Below are positions 1 through 11,883 of a stretch of DNA of 64,000 bases, one piece after another. Position 1 is the first letter of the stretch. Every line of letters starts with the position of its first letter. Location of the stretch: NCBI GenBank assembly GCA_964468665.1, contig CAYXTS010000001.1, positions 3,418-67,417 of the forward strand, read 5' to 3'. The notes beneath the pieces were generated by a model, which was not told the origin of the DNA, made no database searches, and was given only the letters and a program-made list of their open reading frames with translations. The stretch comes from an uncultured Candidatus Saccharibacteria bacterium (GTDB lineage Bacteria > Patescibacteriota > Saccharimonadia > Saccharimonadales > Saccharimonadaceae). The position numbers and the translations under genes are program-made.

Positions 1-76
1 AGTTGTTTGGCCATCTAGGGTTTTGGTTTTGGAATAGTGTGATATAATGGTTATATAAAAATTGAAAGGAGATAAA

Positions 77-655
77 ATGCCTACAGCTGGGATTATTATA
101 ATTGCGATTGTGGCGATTGTGATTTTGATTGTTGCGTTCGTGGCTGGTATTTACAATAGTTTAGTTAAATTGGATGAGCGGGTGAATGAAGCCTGGTCGG
201 ATATTACCGTTCAGCTTAAGTATCGTGCGGATTTGATTCCGAACGTGATTGAGACTGTAAAGGGGTATGCAAAACACGAAAAAGAAACTTTCCAAATGGT
301 GACTGAGGCCCGTACGGCTGCGATGGGAGCTAAAACCGTAAAGCAGGCTGCAGAGGCGGAGAATGCTATGCAGGGTGCACTTGGTAAGATTTTTGCAATT
401 GCGGAAGCTTATCCAGAGCTAAAAGCAAATGAGAATTTTAAGACTTTGCAAACACAATTGCAGGATACTGAAGACAAGATTCAGGCTGCGCGTAGATTTT
501 ACAATGCTGGGGCTAAGGATTTGAATACGAAGATTAAGACATTCCCAACTAATATTGTTAATAATATGATTGGTCATTTTAAACAGCGTGATTACTTTGA
601 AGTTGCCGATAGTGAGAAAGCTAGGATTGAGCAAGCTCCTGAAGTTAAGTTTTAA
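77..655 (+). CDS. lemA: LemA family protein
   Basis: N-terminal TM helix, then YNSLV..EAWSDITVQLKYRADLIPN and AEAYPELKANENF motifs. Adjacent to htpX. SD AAGGAG precedes ATG 77. Confidence 0.93.
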   Translation: MPTAGIIIIAIVAIVILIVAFVAGIYNSLVKLDERVNEAWSDITVQLKYRADLIPNVIETVKGYAKHEKETFQMVTEARTAAMGAKTVKQAAEAENAMQGALGKIFAIAEAYPELKANENFKTLQTQLQDTEDKIQAARRFYNAGAKDLNTKIKTFPTNIVNNMIGHFKQRDYFEVADSEKARIEQAPEVKF

Positions 656-729
656 AAACATAAGATTAAGATTTTTCCCTTATCTGTTAAAATGCGGTTT
701 AAGTTTTTAAAACATGAGGTTATATTGAA

Positions 730-1608
730 ATGTATAAGCAAATTGCCGAAAACAAACGCAAAACAATAATAATTATTATTGGTTTTGTGTTGTTGATTGG
801 AGTGATTGCTGGGATTTTTGCTTGGGTGTACAATGATTGGAAAATTGCACTATGGACTTTGCTTATTGCTACTCTTTATGCTATATTCCAATATTATTAC
901 GCGAGCTCGCTTGCGGTAGCGATGACGGGGGCTAAGGAAATTACAAAGAAGGATAATCCGAGATTTTATAATATTGTAGAAAATTTATCGATTACTACTG
1001 GGCTACCGATGCCGAAAGTGTATATTATTGACGACAAGGCTCCGAATGCATTTGCATCGGGGAGAGATCCAAAACATGCCTTGGTTGCGGCAACGACGGG
1101 TTTGCTTGATATTATGGATGATAAGGAATTGACGGCAGTGATGGCGCATGAGATGTCGCACGTTAAAAATTATGATATTCGGGTATCAATGATAGTGTTT
1201 GGATTGGTGTGCGTGATTGGCTTAATATCGGATTTGGCATTTCGGATGATGTTTTATGGTAATCGTCGCCAAAATAATGAGGGAAGTCCGATGGGGTATG
1301 CTTTGGTTTTGGTTGCGGCGATTTTGTCACCAATTGTAGCAGCTATAGCGCAAATGGCGGTATCTAGGCAGCGGGAGTATCTTGCGGATGCTTCGGCTGT
1401 TAATATCACAAGGTATCCAGAGGGGATGATTGGGGCGTTGAAAAAGTTACAAACGCATTCACAACCAATGAAAAGTCAGAATATAGCAACTGAAGCGATG
1501 TATATCAATAATCCACTTAGAAAGGGTTTTTTCAGCAATTTACTATCTTCGCATCCGCCGATTGAGAAGAGAATCGAGAGACTTGAACATGGCAAAACGA
1601 ACTTCTAA
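730..1608 (+). CDS. htpX: HtpX-like M48 zinc metalloprotease
   Basis: PNAFASG, AHEMSH (HExxH), SRQREYLAD and SHPP motifs plus TM segments. Confidence 0.93.
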   Translation: MYKQIAENKRKTIIIIIGFVLLIGVIAGIFAWVYNDWKIALWTLLIATLYAIFQYYYASSLAVAMTGAKEITKKDNPRFYNIVENLSITTGLPMPKVYIIDDKAPNAFASGRDPKHALVAATTGLLDIMDDKELTAVMAHEMSHVKNYDIRVSMIVFGLVCVIGLISDLAFRMMFYGNRRQNNEGSPMGYALVLVAAILSPIVAAIAQMAVSRQREYLADASAVNITRYPEGMIGALKKLQTHSQPMKSQNIATEAMYINNPLRKGFFSNLLSSHPPIEKRIERLEHGKTNF

Positions 1609-2623
1609 AAAGTCACGGTATAATACAAAGCATTTTCAAAAATTGAAGGATTTTGTTAAAGCAAAACGTAAAGAATGGCGGAGTCCGCACAAGTCCTTTA
1701 GGCGATCATATCGAGAAGATTATGCTAGGGAGATGGAGATTCCCGGCATTATGCATCATGTTTTTGCAACTTTTCGGATAATTTTTAAGAATTCTAGATT
1801 GTTTTTGCCGTTTCTTTTGATTTTGGTGGTTCTTAGCGCATTGTTTGTTGGGATTATGAGCGAGTCGAATTACGTGAGATTCCAGGATGTTCTGGACCAA
1901 ACGAGTGCACAAGTGGCGGGTAGTGACATTGGAAATGTAGCGAAAGCTGGGTTGCTTTTAATATCTACGATTACCACTGGGGGATTGTCTGGAGAATCAA
2001 GTGAGGCTGCGGTGGTGTTTGTGGTATTGATTATGTTGATGATTTGGTTGGTGACGATTTTCTTGTTGAGACATATTTTGGCGGGTCATAAAATTAAATT
2101 AAGAGATGCACTGTATAATGCGATGACACCGTTGATATCTACGTTGTTGATTTTTGTGGTGGTGGTTGTGCAGTGTATCCCGATTTTTGTTTTAATCATT
2201 GCTTATTCAGCGGCGGTACAGACGGAATTTTTGAGTACTCCGTTTTATGCGTTGGTGTTTTTTGTGTTTGCGGTGCTGATGTTGTTGCTTTCGGGATATT
2301 TGTTATCGTCGTCTATTATTGCTTTTTTGGCAGTTTCGGCTCCTGGTCTTTATCCGATGCAGGCTCTCCGAACGGCTTCAGAGTTAATGATGGGGCGGAG
2401 GGCGAGGTTTATCATTAGGATTATTGCATTGATTTTGGTGCTAGCGATTGTTTGGGTGATTGTGATGTTGCCTTTGATTTTGTTTGATTTATGGATGAAG
2501 AAATTTGAGTGGACGACGGGGATTCCGTTTGTGCCGATTTGTATGACGATTATGACGTGTTTTACTGGTATATATGTTACGGCGTATTTGTACTTGTATT
2601 ATCGTTGGTTATTGAAAGCATGA
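1589..2623 (+). CDS. multi-pass membrane protein of unknown function
   Basis: Long ORF with a basic N-terminus and about 6 hydrophobic helices. ATG 1589 overlaps the end of htpX. Confidence 0.7.
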   Translation: MAKRTSKKSRYNTKHFQKLKDFVKAKRKEWRSPHKSFRRSYREDYAREMEIPGIMHHVFATFRIIFKNSRLFLPFLLILVVLSALFVGIMSESNYVRFQDVLDQTSAQVAGSDIGNVAKAGLLLISTITTGGLSGESSEAAVVFVVLIMLMIWLVTIFLLRHILAGHKIKLRDALYNAMTPLISTLLIFVVVVVQCIPIFVLIIAYSAAVQTEFLSTPFYALVFFVFAVLMLLLSGYLLSSSIIAFLAVSAPGLYPMQALRTASELMMGRRARFIIRIIALILVLAIVWVIVMLPLILFDLWMKKFEWTTGIPFVPICMTIMTCFTGIYVTAYLYLYYRWLLKA

Positions 2624-4633
<2,010 letters not shown>

Positions 4634-4877
4634 CCGAGAGTAAGGATTTAAGCAGAATAAAATAAGCCCTAAAGGGCTTCTTTTAATATTTGGTGACCTC
4701 ACCGAGAGTAAGGATTTCACTATCGTGAAATCCTTTCCTTTCTGCGTCGTTCGGAAAAAGAAAAATGAATTTTTCTTTTTCACTCACTTCCTTGAAAGGG
4801 CGAACTTCGTTCGCCTCTCGGCGAGAATCGTAAAGTATAATAAAAATAAAGCCCTTTGGGCTTATTTTTATTATATT
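4634..4877 (-). repeat. duplicated tRNA-Glu 3' end and terminator (att-like scars) flanking a short palindromic insert
   Basis: atatttggtgacctcaccgagagt at 4686-4709 equals 4873-4896. ccgagagtaaggattt at 4634-4649 equals 4702-4717. The aagccc..gggctt hairpin also occurs twice. Confidence 0.8.
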
Positions 4878-4952
4878 TGGTGACCTCACCGAGAGTCGAA
4901 CTCGGATTGTCGGGATGAAAACCCGATGTACTAACCGTTATACTATGAGGCC
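4878..4952 (-). tRNA. tRNA-Glu(TTC)
   Basis: Reverse complement folds as a cloverleaf; anticodon arm TCGGG TT-TTC-AT CCCGA, GTTCGA T-loop, 3' CCA. Confidence 0.95.
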
Positions 4953-4993
4953 AATACACTATGAGTAGCGTAGTGATATTATAGCAAAAATTG

Positions 4994-5458
4994 TTAGAAA
5001 TCGCAAGCGTATGAGTATTCTATATGGTATGATTTTTGAGAATATGGTGGTTCAGGAAAATATTTGATGGATGTACGATTCTCGTCGCAGTATTTCTGGA
5101 CTAGAGTGATGGTGTTGGCATTTTTTTGGTAATCATAGAGCAGGATTTGGCGGAGGGCAAGGGGCGATATGCCGTATTCTTCGTATTTTGACATGACTTT
5201 TGCCAAATCTTCGGTCGAGGATGAAGCGCTAGTAGAAGCATATTCTTGATAAAGATAATTTTCATAGTAGTCTGTGGCAAGGGCGGAAATTTTGGATTTG
5301 ACGAGATTTTCTGGTTTAGTATAAATTGCAAAGACGAGACCAATAACGACAGTGATCATAGCTAGAATAATGACCATAATGATAACATTTTTTGGCGTAA
5401 AGAATTGACGTTTTCTACGATTAGTTTTTTTATGTTTTTTGTTATTGTGTCGTGCCAT
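4994..5458 (-). CDS. hypothetical membrane-anchored protein
   Basis: Basic N-terminus, single TM helix, two C-terminal Cys; -10-like TAAAAT 6 nt upstream. Confidence 0.75.
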   Translation of the reverse strand: MARHNNKKHKKTNRRKRQFFTPKNVIIMVIILAMITVVIGLVFAIYTKPENLVKSKISALATDYYENYLYQEYASTSASSSTEDLAKVMSKYEEYGISPLALRQILLYDYQKNANTITLVQKYCDENRTSIKYFPEPPYSQKSYHIEYSYACDF

Positions 5459-5503
5459 GTATGTATTTTATCATAAAAATAGAACTTATGGTAAGATAGT
5501 AAT

Positions 5504-6937
5504 ATGAGCAAATTATTTAAGAGAACAAAAATTTTAGCAACGATTGGTCCAGCTACGAATTCGGCGGAGAAAATTGAAAAAGTAATTATGGCTGGGGCGA
5601 ATGGTTGTAGACTTAACTGCTCGCATGGTTCGAATGAGGAGCGTGATCAGCAGATAAAATGGATTCGGGAAGCGGCAATAAAAAAAGGTCGGAGTGTGGC
5701 GATTTTGCAGGATTTGCAAGGGCCAAAAATCCGACTAGGTATGATAAAGGACAATCATTTGGATTTGAAAACGGGTGATGAGGTGATTTTGGAATCTAGA
5801 GAGTTTGAGCATGACGGTGGTTATACTGTGCCAGTACAATATAATTTGGCCGAGAGAGTAAAGGTAGGCGAGCCAATATCGATGTTTGATGGTAAAGTTA
5901 AGGGAGAGGTGATAGAGATTGTTTCTGATACGGCGATAAAAGTTGGGATTTTGAATGATGGATATGTAATGTCGAAAAAGGGATTAAACTTGCCAGAAAC
6001 GGATTTTGGTGGAGATATTCTAACCGAAAAAGATTTGGCTGATATTGAATATGGAGCTGGATGTGATTATGATTATGTTTCTTTATCTTTTGTACAATCT
6101 GCAAGTGATATTTTGAAATTGAAACAATTACTGCTTTCTTTGGGTTCTACTGCGAAGGTTATTGCGAAAATTGAGACAAAAAAAGCCATAGAAAGTGAGA
6201 AAAACCTTGAAGAAATAGTAAAGGCAGCGGATGGCATTATGGTGGCGAGAGGTGATATGGCGGTAGAAGCAGGTGCGGAGGTGGTGCCAATCATACAGAG
6301 GAAACTAATAGCGATGTGTCGTGCACATGCGAAACTTTGTATTGTGGCGACGCAGATGTTGTCCTCTATGGTGGATTCGCCAGAGCCAACTCGAGCGGAG
6401 GTGAGTGATGTAGCCACTGCGGTGGTGCAGGGTGCTGATGTTGTGATGCTTTCTGATGAAACAGCGAATGGAAATTATCCGATAGAGACAGTAGAAGAAA
6501 TGAAGAAAATCATTCTTTATACGCAGAATCATTCAAGAATTGCACCAATTTCGCAGTTGCCGGTAGGCGAGAAGTCTGAGGTCTATGACGCGATTTCTGA
6601 TGCTGCGGCTAGGTTGGCGGAAAGAATAGGGGCAGATGTAATAGTGTGCCAGACTGCATCTGGTGCAACTGCAATTACGATGGCGGCACAACGTCCTAAT
6701 CTACCAATAGTTTCGGTGACGCCAAATCAGAGGGTGGCGAATCAATTGGCACTAAATTATGCAAGTTCGGCATTTTATCGTCCGTATGCGGAAGATTTTG
6801 GTTTAAGGTTGGCAGAGGAGTTGAAGACATCTGGATATTTACAAACAAAAGAGGGTGAAAAGGACTTGTTGGCTGTAATTGTGTCTGGGGATAAGAATTT
6901 AATAGGCACGGATACGATAAAAGTTCGTAGAGTGTAG
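5504..6937 (+). CDS. pyk: pyruvate kinase
   Basis: RTKILATIGP, RLNCSHG, DLQGPKIR, DGIMVARGD, ATQML, VMLSDETA. Confidence 0.97.
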   Translation: MSKLFKRTKILATIGPATNSAEKIEKVIMAGANGCRLNCSHGSNEERDQQIKWIREAAIKKGRSVAILQDLQGPKIRLGMIKDNHLDLKTGDEVILESREFEHDGGYTVPVQYNLAERVKVGEPISMFDGKVKGEVIEIVSDTAIKVGILNDGYVMSKKGLNLPETDFGGDILTEKDLADIEYGAGCDYDYVSLSFVQSASDILKLKQLLLSLGSTAKVIAKIETKKAIESEKNLEEIVKAADGIMVARGDMAVEAGAEVVPIIQRKLIAMCRAHAKLCIVATQMLSSMVDSPEPTRAEVSDVATAVVQGADVVMLSDETANGNYPIETVEEMKKIILYTQNHSRIAPISQLPVGEKSEVYDAISDAAARLAERIGADVIVCQTASGATAITMAAQRPNLPIVSVTPNQRVANQLALNYASSAFYRPYAEDFGLRLAEELKTSGYLQTKEGEKDLLAVIVSGDKNLIGTDTIKVRRV

Positions 6938-6938
6938 A

Positions 6939-7991
6939 TTATTTTAGAATAGCTTCGAGGCCGGGCAGTTTTTTGCCGAGCAGAAATTCTAGAGCGGCAC
7001 CTCCGCCGGTAGAGATGAGGGAATAGCTTAGATTGGGATGAGATTCTATGAGGTTTTCTACAAAACCAGTAGTATCGCCACCGCAAATAACGGTAGTAGC
7101 ATTTTGATGTTCACCGATTAGTTCGGCTGTGATGGTGGAGGCGGTGGCATAGGCAGGGTCTTCGGCGTAACCTAAGAGTCCATTCCAGATGATAGTTTTA
7201 GCGTCTGTGATGTAATTTGTCAGCTTGGCGGTAGAGAGAGGGCCAATATCTAGTTTTTGGCCGGTTTGGTCTTCGTCAAAATCGTCAGCGACGGTGACGT
7301 TCTTATGATTTGGTTTATAACCGTCAGCGGCAATTTTGCCACCAACGAAGATTTGGTCGGCAAGTTTGGTGAATTTATCAATGAGTGGTTGTTTATCCTC
7401 TACTTTAGCGCCGCCGATAATGAGAAGAACTGGTTTTTCGGGATTTTTGGTGACGGATTCGAGATTGGTGATTTCTTTTTCAAGTAATAAGCCGGCATAA
7501 ACTGGGAGATGATTTTTGATGGCGTCGGTGGAGGCGTGAGCTCGGTGAATAACTGCAAAGCCGTCTTGGACAAAAGCGTCAGATTTGGTACTGTCGACGA
7601 TATTTTTAATAAACTCAGACGAATTGGCTTCTTCGCTTGGATCAAAACGGAGATTTTCGAGAAGGATGATTTTGGAATCTTTGGGTACGGAAATAGGCTC
7701 GTTGGAGTTTGGAAGGGCGGAGAAACTGACTTTTGTCTCAGGGAGGAGTTTTTGGAGGGATTTTGCGACTGGTGATAGGGTGTAGTCGGGATTATTTTTG
7801 CCTTCGGGGCGACCTAGATGTGAAATGATGAAAACTTTTTTGGCGCCGTGCTCTAGCAGGTAGCTGATGGTGGAGAGACTGGCACGAATACGAAGGTTGT
7901 TTTTTACTTTGCCATTCTCAAGCGGAACATTGTAATCTGTTCTAAGTAAAATGGTTTTATCTTTAACATCTAAATCTTTAATCGTTTTCAT
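6939..7991 (-). CDS. pgk: phosphoglycerate kinase
   Basis: LRTDYNVP, SHLGRP, LLENLRF, GGAKVEDK, STGGGAALE. Confidence 0.96.
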   Translation of the reverse strand: MKTIKDLDVKDKTILLRTDYNVPLENGKVKNNLRIRASLSTISYLLEHGAKKVFIISHLGRPEGKNNPDYTLSPVAKSLQKLLPETKVSFSALPNSNEPISVPKDSKIILLENLRFDPSEEANSSEFIKNIVDSTKSDAFVQDGFAVIHRAHASTDAIKNHLPVYAGLLLEKEITNLESVTKNPEKPVLLIIGGAKVEDKQPLIDKFTKLADQIFVGGKIAADGYKPNHKNVTVADDFDEDQTGQKLDIGPLSTAKLTNYITDAKTIIWNGLLGYAEDPAYATASTITAELIGEHQNATTVICGGDTTGFVENLIESHPNLSYSLISTGGGAALEFLLGKKLPGLEAILK

Positions 7992-8063
7992 AGGGAAATA
8001 TTACTATACAAGGTGGTGAAAATCAACTATTTACAAATATTCATCTCGTGATATAATGTTTTT

Positions 8064-9614
8064 ATGAAAAAGCAGAGGTCTTACCAACAGGTAATAGGGG
8101 AAACAATTGAACATATGCGTCTAGAAAAGGGTTGGACGCAGGAGGAGCTTGCTCGGGCGGTTGGGTCTAGCCAGTCGGCGATTCATCGGATTGAGAAGGG
8201 TGGTCAGAATGTTTCTCTTACGATGATAAAAAAGCTCTCAGAAGCTCTAGGGAATCAAATCCTCTCTATAAACGATTCGGTTTCGCAGAGTTTTCGAATA
8301 AATGGCGGTAGAGAATTGGCGGGAGAAATTACGATTAATACTTCGAAGAATGCAGCAGTTGGCTTACTTTGTGCGGCTTTACTGAATACAGGAAAGACTG
8401 TGCTGCATCGGATTGCACGAATTGAAGAGGTGTTTAGAATTATTGAAGTATTGGAGTCGATAGGAGTGAGGTGCCATTGGACGAACCGTCATAGGGACTT
8501 GGAGATTATATCACCACGTGAATTAAAATTGGAGGATATGGATGTTGAGGCGGCGAGAAAAACACGTTCGATTATTATGTTTTTGGGGCCACTTCTGCAT
8601 AGATACCCAAGATTTAAGATACCCTATGCAGGTGGGTGTTCTTTAGGAACGCGGACTGTGGAGCCACATCTTCAGGCATTAAAATCTTTTGGGCTGAAAG
8701 TGGACGCGGAGTGCAATAGTGGATTTTATGAGGTGGAAGTTAGTCAAGAAACTTTACATAAATACAGAGATAGATATATTGTATTAACGGAACGCGGTGA
8801 CACGGTGACAGAGAATGTGTTGATGGCGGCGGCACTTGCTCCAGGTAAAACTACGATTGTGGGGGCTTCACCGAATTATATGGTGCAGGATGTTTGTTTC
8901 TTCTTGGAGAAGTTAGGAGTAAAAATATCTGGGATTGGAACTACTAGATTGGTGGTGACTGGGCGACCAAGAATAGATGTTGAGGTGGATTATCATATTT
9001 CGGAAGATCCAATTGAGGCGATGTCTTTTATTGCTGCGGGGTTAGTAACACATTCCGAAATAACTTTGCTCAGAGCGCCGATTGAGTTTTTGGAAATTGA
9101 ATTAGAAGTGCTAAAAAGCATGAATGCGAAATATGAGAAAACAGCTGAATATTTATCGGCAAACGGCAGGACAAGATTAGTGGATTTGACTATCAAAAAG
9201 TCTGAGTTGGTTGCGCCGATTGACAAAATTCACCCGATGCCATTTCCGGGGCTTAATATTGATAATCTACCGTTCTTTTCGGTGATTGCAGCGGTGGCAG
9301 AAGGAAGGACTTTGATTCATGATTGGGTGTTTGAAAATCGTGCAGTTTATATTACTGAGCTTGCGAACTTGAATGTAAAAGTGGATCTTTTGGATGCCCA
9401 TCGAGTGTATATTGAGGGACCGACCAATTGGCGACCAGCGGAATTAGTGGCACCCCAAGCGCTTAGGCCGGCCGTGGTGGTACTTATCGGTATGTTGGCA
9501 GCTCCGGGGAAATCTATTCTTAGAAATGTATATCCAATTAACCGTGGTTATCAGGATTTTGCGGCGAGACTGAGGCATCTTGGGGCAGATATTGTACCAC
9601 TTACTGGAATATAA
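8064..9614 (+). CDS. murA: XRE-type HTH domain fused to UDP-N-acetylglucosamine 1-carboxyvinyltransferase
   Basis: N-terminal TQEELARAVGSSQSAIHRIEKG HTH, then SKNAA, PYAGGCSLGTR (catalytic Cys loop), FENR and RGY MurA motifs. Confidence 0.85.
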   Translation: MKKQRSYQQVIGETIEHMRLEKGWTQEELARAVGSSQSAIHRIEKGGQNVSLTMIKKLSEALGNQILSINDSVSQSFRINGGRELAGEITINTSKNAAVGLLCAALLNTGKTVLHRIARIEEVFRIIEVLESIGVRCHWTNRHRDLEIISPRELKLEDMDVEAARKTRSIIMFLGPLLHRYPRFKIPYAGGCSLGTRTVEPHLQALKSFGLKVDAECNSGFYEVEVSQETLHKYRDRYIVLTERGDTVTENVLMAAALAPGKTTIVGASPNYMVQDVCFFLEKLGVKISGIGTTRLVVTGRPRIDVEVDYHISEDPIEAMSFIAAGLVTHSEITLLRAPIEFLEIELEVLKSMNAKYEKTAEYLSANGRTRLVDLTIKKSELVAPIDKIHPMPFPGLNIDNLPFFSVIAAVAEGRTLIHDWVFENRAVYITELANLNVKVDLLDAHRVYIEGPTNWRPAELVAPQALRPAVVVLIGMLAAPGKSILRNVYPINRGYQDFAARLRHLGADIVPLTGI

Positions 9615-9687
9615 CCTCTTGGGGGAAAATTAGAGTTAAAATTATGATGGAAGTGAATTCCATTATAATTTTTGTTATAATGATGTA

Positions 9688-11883
9688 ATGAATAAAATTG
9701 TGGAGGGACTAAACGAGAGACAGAGAGAGGCAGTGGAGACGCTCTCCGGGCCTGTATTGATACTTGCGGGGGCGGGGTCGGGAAAAACCAAGACGCTGAC
9801 ACATCGGATTGCGAATTTGATCAAGTATGGAGTAGAACCTGGACGAATTCTTGCGGTAACGTTTACAAATAAGGCGGCGAAAGAGATGCGAGGGCGGTTG
9901 TGGAACTTGCTAAAGGATGTTCTGGGGACGGGGTCGACTCGGCTCGTCGTCACGGGCGAGTCGCCCCTCGCTACCTCGGTCGTAACCTCCGGAGCGCCCC
10001 GAGAACATCCTTTAGCAAGTTCTCAGGAGCCGCCGCGATCTTTCATGCCGTATATGGGGACGTTTCACGGGATTGCGGTGAGGATTCTGAGGATTGAAGC
10101 AGAGGCAATTGGACTGGATAGGAATTTTGTGATTTATGATACGGACGACCAGGTGTCTTTGATTCGGCGAGTGATGAAGGAGCTGAAATTATCAGACAAT
10201 AAACAATTAAAACCAAAATCTATTCAATCAATTATTTCTGGAGAGAAGAATGTTGGTAATGGACCGGAAGATTATGCTATGAAAGCTTTTTATCCGAATC
10301 AACAAAATATTGCGAAAATTTTCAAAAAATATGAGGAAGAAAAAGAAAAGGCAGGGGCATTAGATTTTGATGATTTGTTGTTAAAAGAGTTGGAACTTTT
10401 GCAGAATTATCCAGAAATTAGACAAAAATGGCAGGAGAAGTTTCGGCATATTTTAATTGATGAGTATCAGGACACTAATCAAGTACAGTATAATATTGTG
10501 AAGTTGTTAGTAAACAAAGAGCGAAATATTTGCGTGGTGGGGGATGATTGGCAGTCTATCTATTCGTGGCGAGGGGCGGATTTTACGAATATTTTGAATT
10601 TTGAGTGGGATTTTCCGGGCGCTAAGTGTATAAAACTGGAACAGAATTATCGGTCTACTGGAAATATTCTCGAAGCGGCTCAGAAAATTATCAATGAGAA
10701 CAAGACTCGGACGGAGAAGACTTTGTTTACGGAATCTGGCAAGGGTGAGCCGGTGGATATAGAGTCTTTGCAGGACGAAACAGCAGAGGCGAATTATGTG
10801 GCACTAAAGATTTTGAATATGCAGCGAGATTATGGTGATTTTAGTGATTTTGCGGTGCTGTATCGGACAAATGCGCAGTCGTATGCTTTTGAAAAGGCGT
10901 TTATAGATATGCATATTCCATATAAAATTGTGGGTGGGGTGAGATTTTATGATAGGAAGGAAGTAAAGGATGTTTTGGCGCTATTAAAACTCGTATTGAA
11001 TCAACGGGATAAGGTAAGTTTGGCTAGGGTAGTAAACAACGTGTTGTCTGGAGTGGGGGAGGCGTCGCTTGTTAAGGTGCTCACAGCGATGGATGCGGTG
11101 GAAGGGGCAAGACCGCTATTTGATGCAGACGTGCCGGAAGTGCTGAAGGCCGGAAAGGCTAAAAACGGGTTAATGCGACTAATTGGATTTTTGAAAAAAT
11201 GTCAAAATGAGACAAATGTCTCACAAAATACAGGGGTAAGTGACAATTTTGGTGGGATGATGAATGTAGGCGAGATGGTGAGACTGGCGGTGGAGTATTT
11301 TGATTTTAGGAAACTGACGGATGATGGTACGCCAAGTAGCGATGAGAGGATGGGGAATCTGGAAGTACTAGTGGCCAATGCGACGGCGTATGATAGCTTG
11401 GAGGAGTTTTTGGCGGATGCGAGTTTGATGTCGTCGGCGGATGAGTCATCGGCGAAAAACTCTGTGACTCTGATGACGCTCCATGCAGCGAAAGGATTGG
11501 AGTTTCCGGTGGTGTTTATTGTGGGGATGGAAGAGGGGTTGTTTCCAAGCGGACGAGTGCTAGAGAATAATGCAGAGTTAGAGGAGGAGCGGAGACTAAT
11601 GTATGTGGGGATGACGAGGGCGATGCAGAGATTGTTTTTGACTTATGCGGGCTCTAGGTATGCTTATGGAAATAGGAGCTACAATATGCCGTCTAGGTTT
11701 TTGATGGAATTAGGGTACAATCCGTACGGTTCAGCTGGATACAAAGATAGAAATGGGGATGGTTTTACAGATATGGACGGCGAAGGGAGCGCCTATAGAT
11801 TTTCCGACGATAGTGAGTTTTTGGACAGTGATTTTGAGGGTGATTTTGACCCGTTTCCAGATGATTTACTGGTGTATGAATGA
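9688..11883 (+). CDS. pcrA: UvrD/PcrA ATP-dependent DNA helicase with a ~40-aa palindromic-element insertion
   Basis: AGAGSGKT, TFTNKAA, IDEYQD, VGDDWQSIY, LEQNYRS, TLHAAKGLEF, EERRLMYVGMTRA. Confidence 0.96.
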   Translation: MNKIVEGLNERQREAVETLSGPVLILAGAGSGKTKTLTHRIANLIKYGVEPGRILAVTFTNKAAKEMRGRLWNLLKDVLGTGSTRLVVTGESPLATSVVTSGAPREHPLASSQEPPRSFMPYMGTFHGIAVRILRIEAEAIGLDRNFVIYDTDDQVSLIRRVMKELKLSDNKQLKPKSIQSIISGEKNVGNGPEDYAMKAFYPNQQNIAKIFKKYEEEKEKAGALDFDDLLLKELELLQNYPEIRQKWQEKFRHILIDEYQDTNQVQYNIVKLLVNKERNICVVGDDWQSIYSWRGADFTNILNFEWDFPGAKCIKLEQNYRSTGNILEAAQKIINENKTRTEKTLFTESGKGEPVDIESLQDETAEANYVALKILNMQRDYGDFSDFAVLYRTNAQSYAFEKAFIDMHIPYKIVGGVRFYDRKEVKDVLALLKLVLNQRDKVSLARVVNNVLSGVGEASLVKVLTAMDAVEGARPLFDADVPEVLKAGKAKNGLMRLIGFLKKCQNETNVSQNTGVSDNFGGMMNVGEMVRLAVEYFDFRKLTDDGTPSSDERMGNLEVLVANATAYDSLEEFLADASLMSSADESSAKNSVTLMTLHAAKGLEFPVVFIVGMEEGLFPSGRVLENNAELEEERRLMYVGMTRAMQRLFLTYAGSRYAYGNRSYNMPSRFLMELGYNPYGSAGYKDRNGDGFTDMDGEGSAYRFSDDSEFLDSDFEGDFDPFPDDLLVYE
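9903..10022 (+). mobile_element. family-A palindromic element, in frame in pcrA
   Basis: Perfect 21-bp inverted repeat gaacttgctaaaggatgttct/agaacatcctttagcaagttc around a GC-rich core. Shares cgtcgtcacggg and tacctcggtcgtaacctccgga with the pepN copy. Confidence 0.8.

Noticed and set aside
4683-4889. 68-aa ORF in the tRNA-Glu spacer, and ORFs 16315-16515, 17253-17441 and 17329-17550
   Set aside because: They overlap tRNA genes or hairpin repeats and lack a credible start context.
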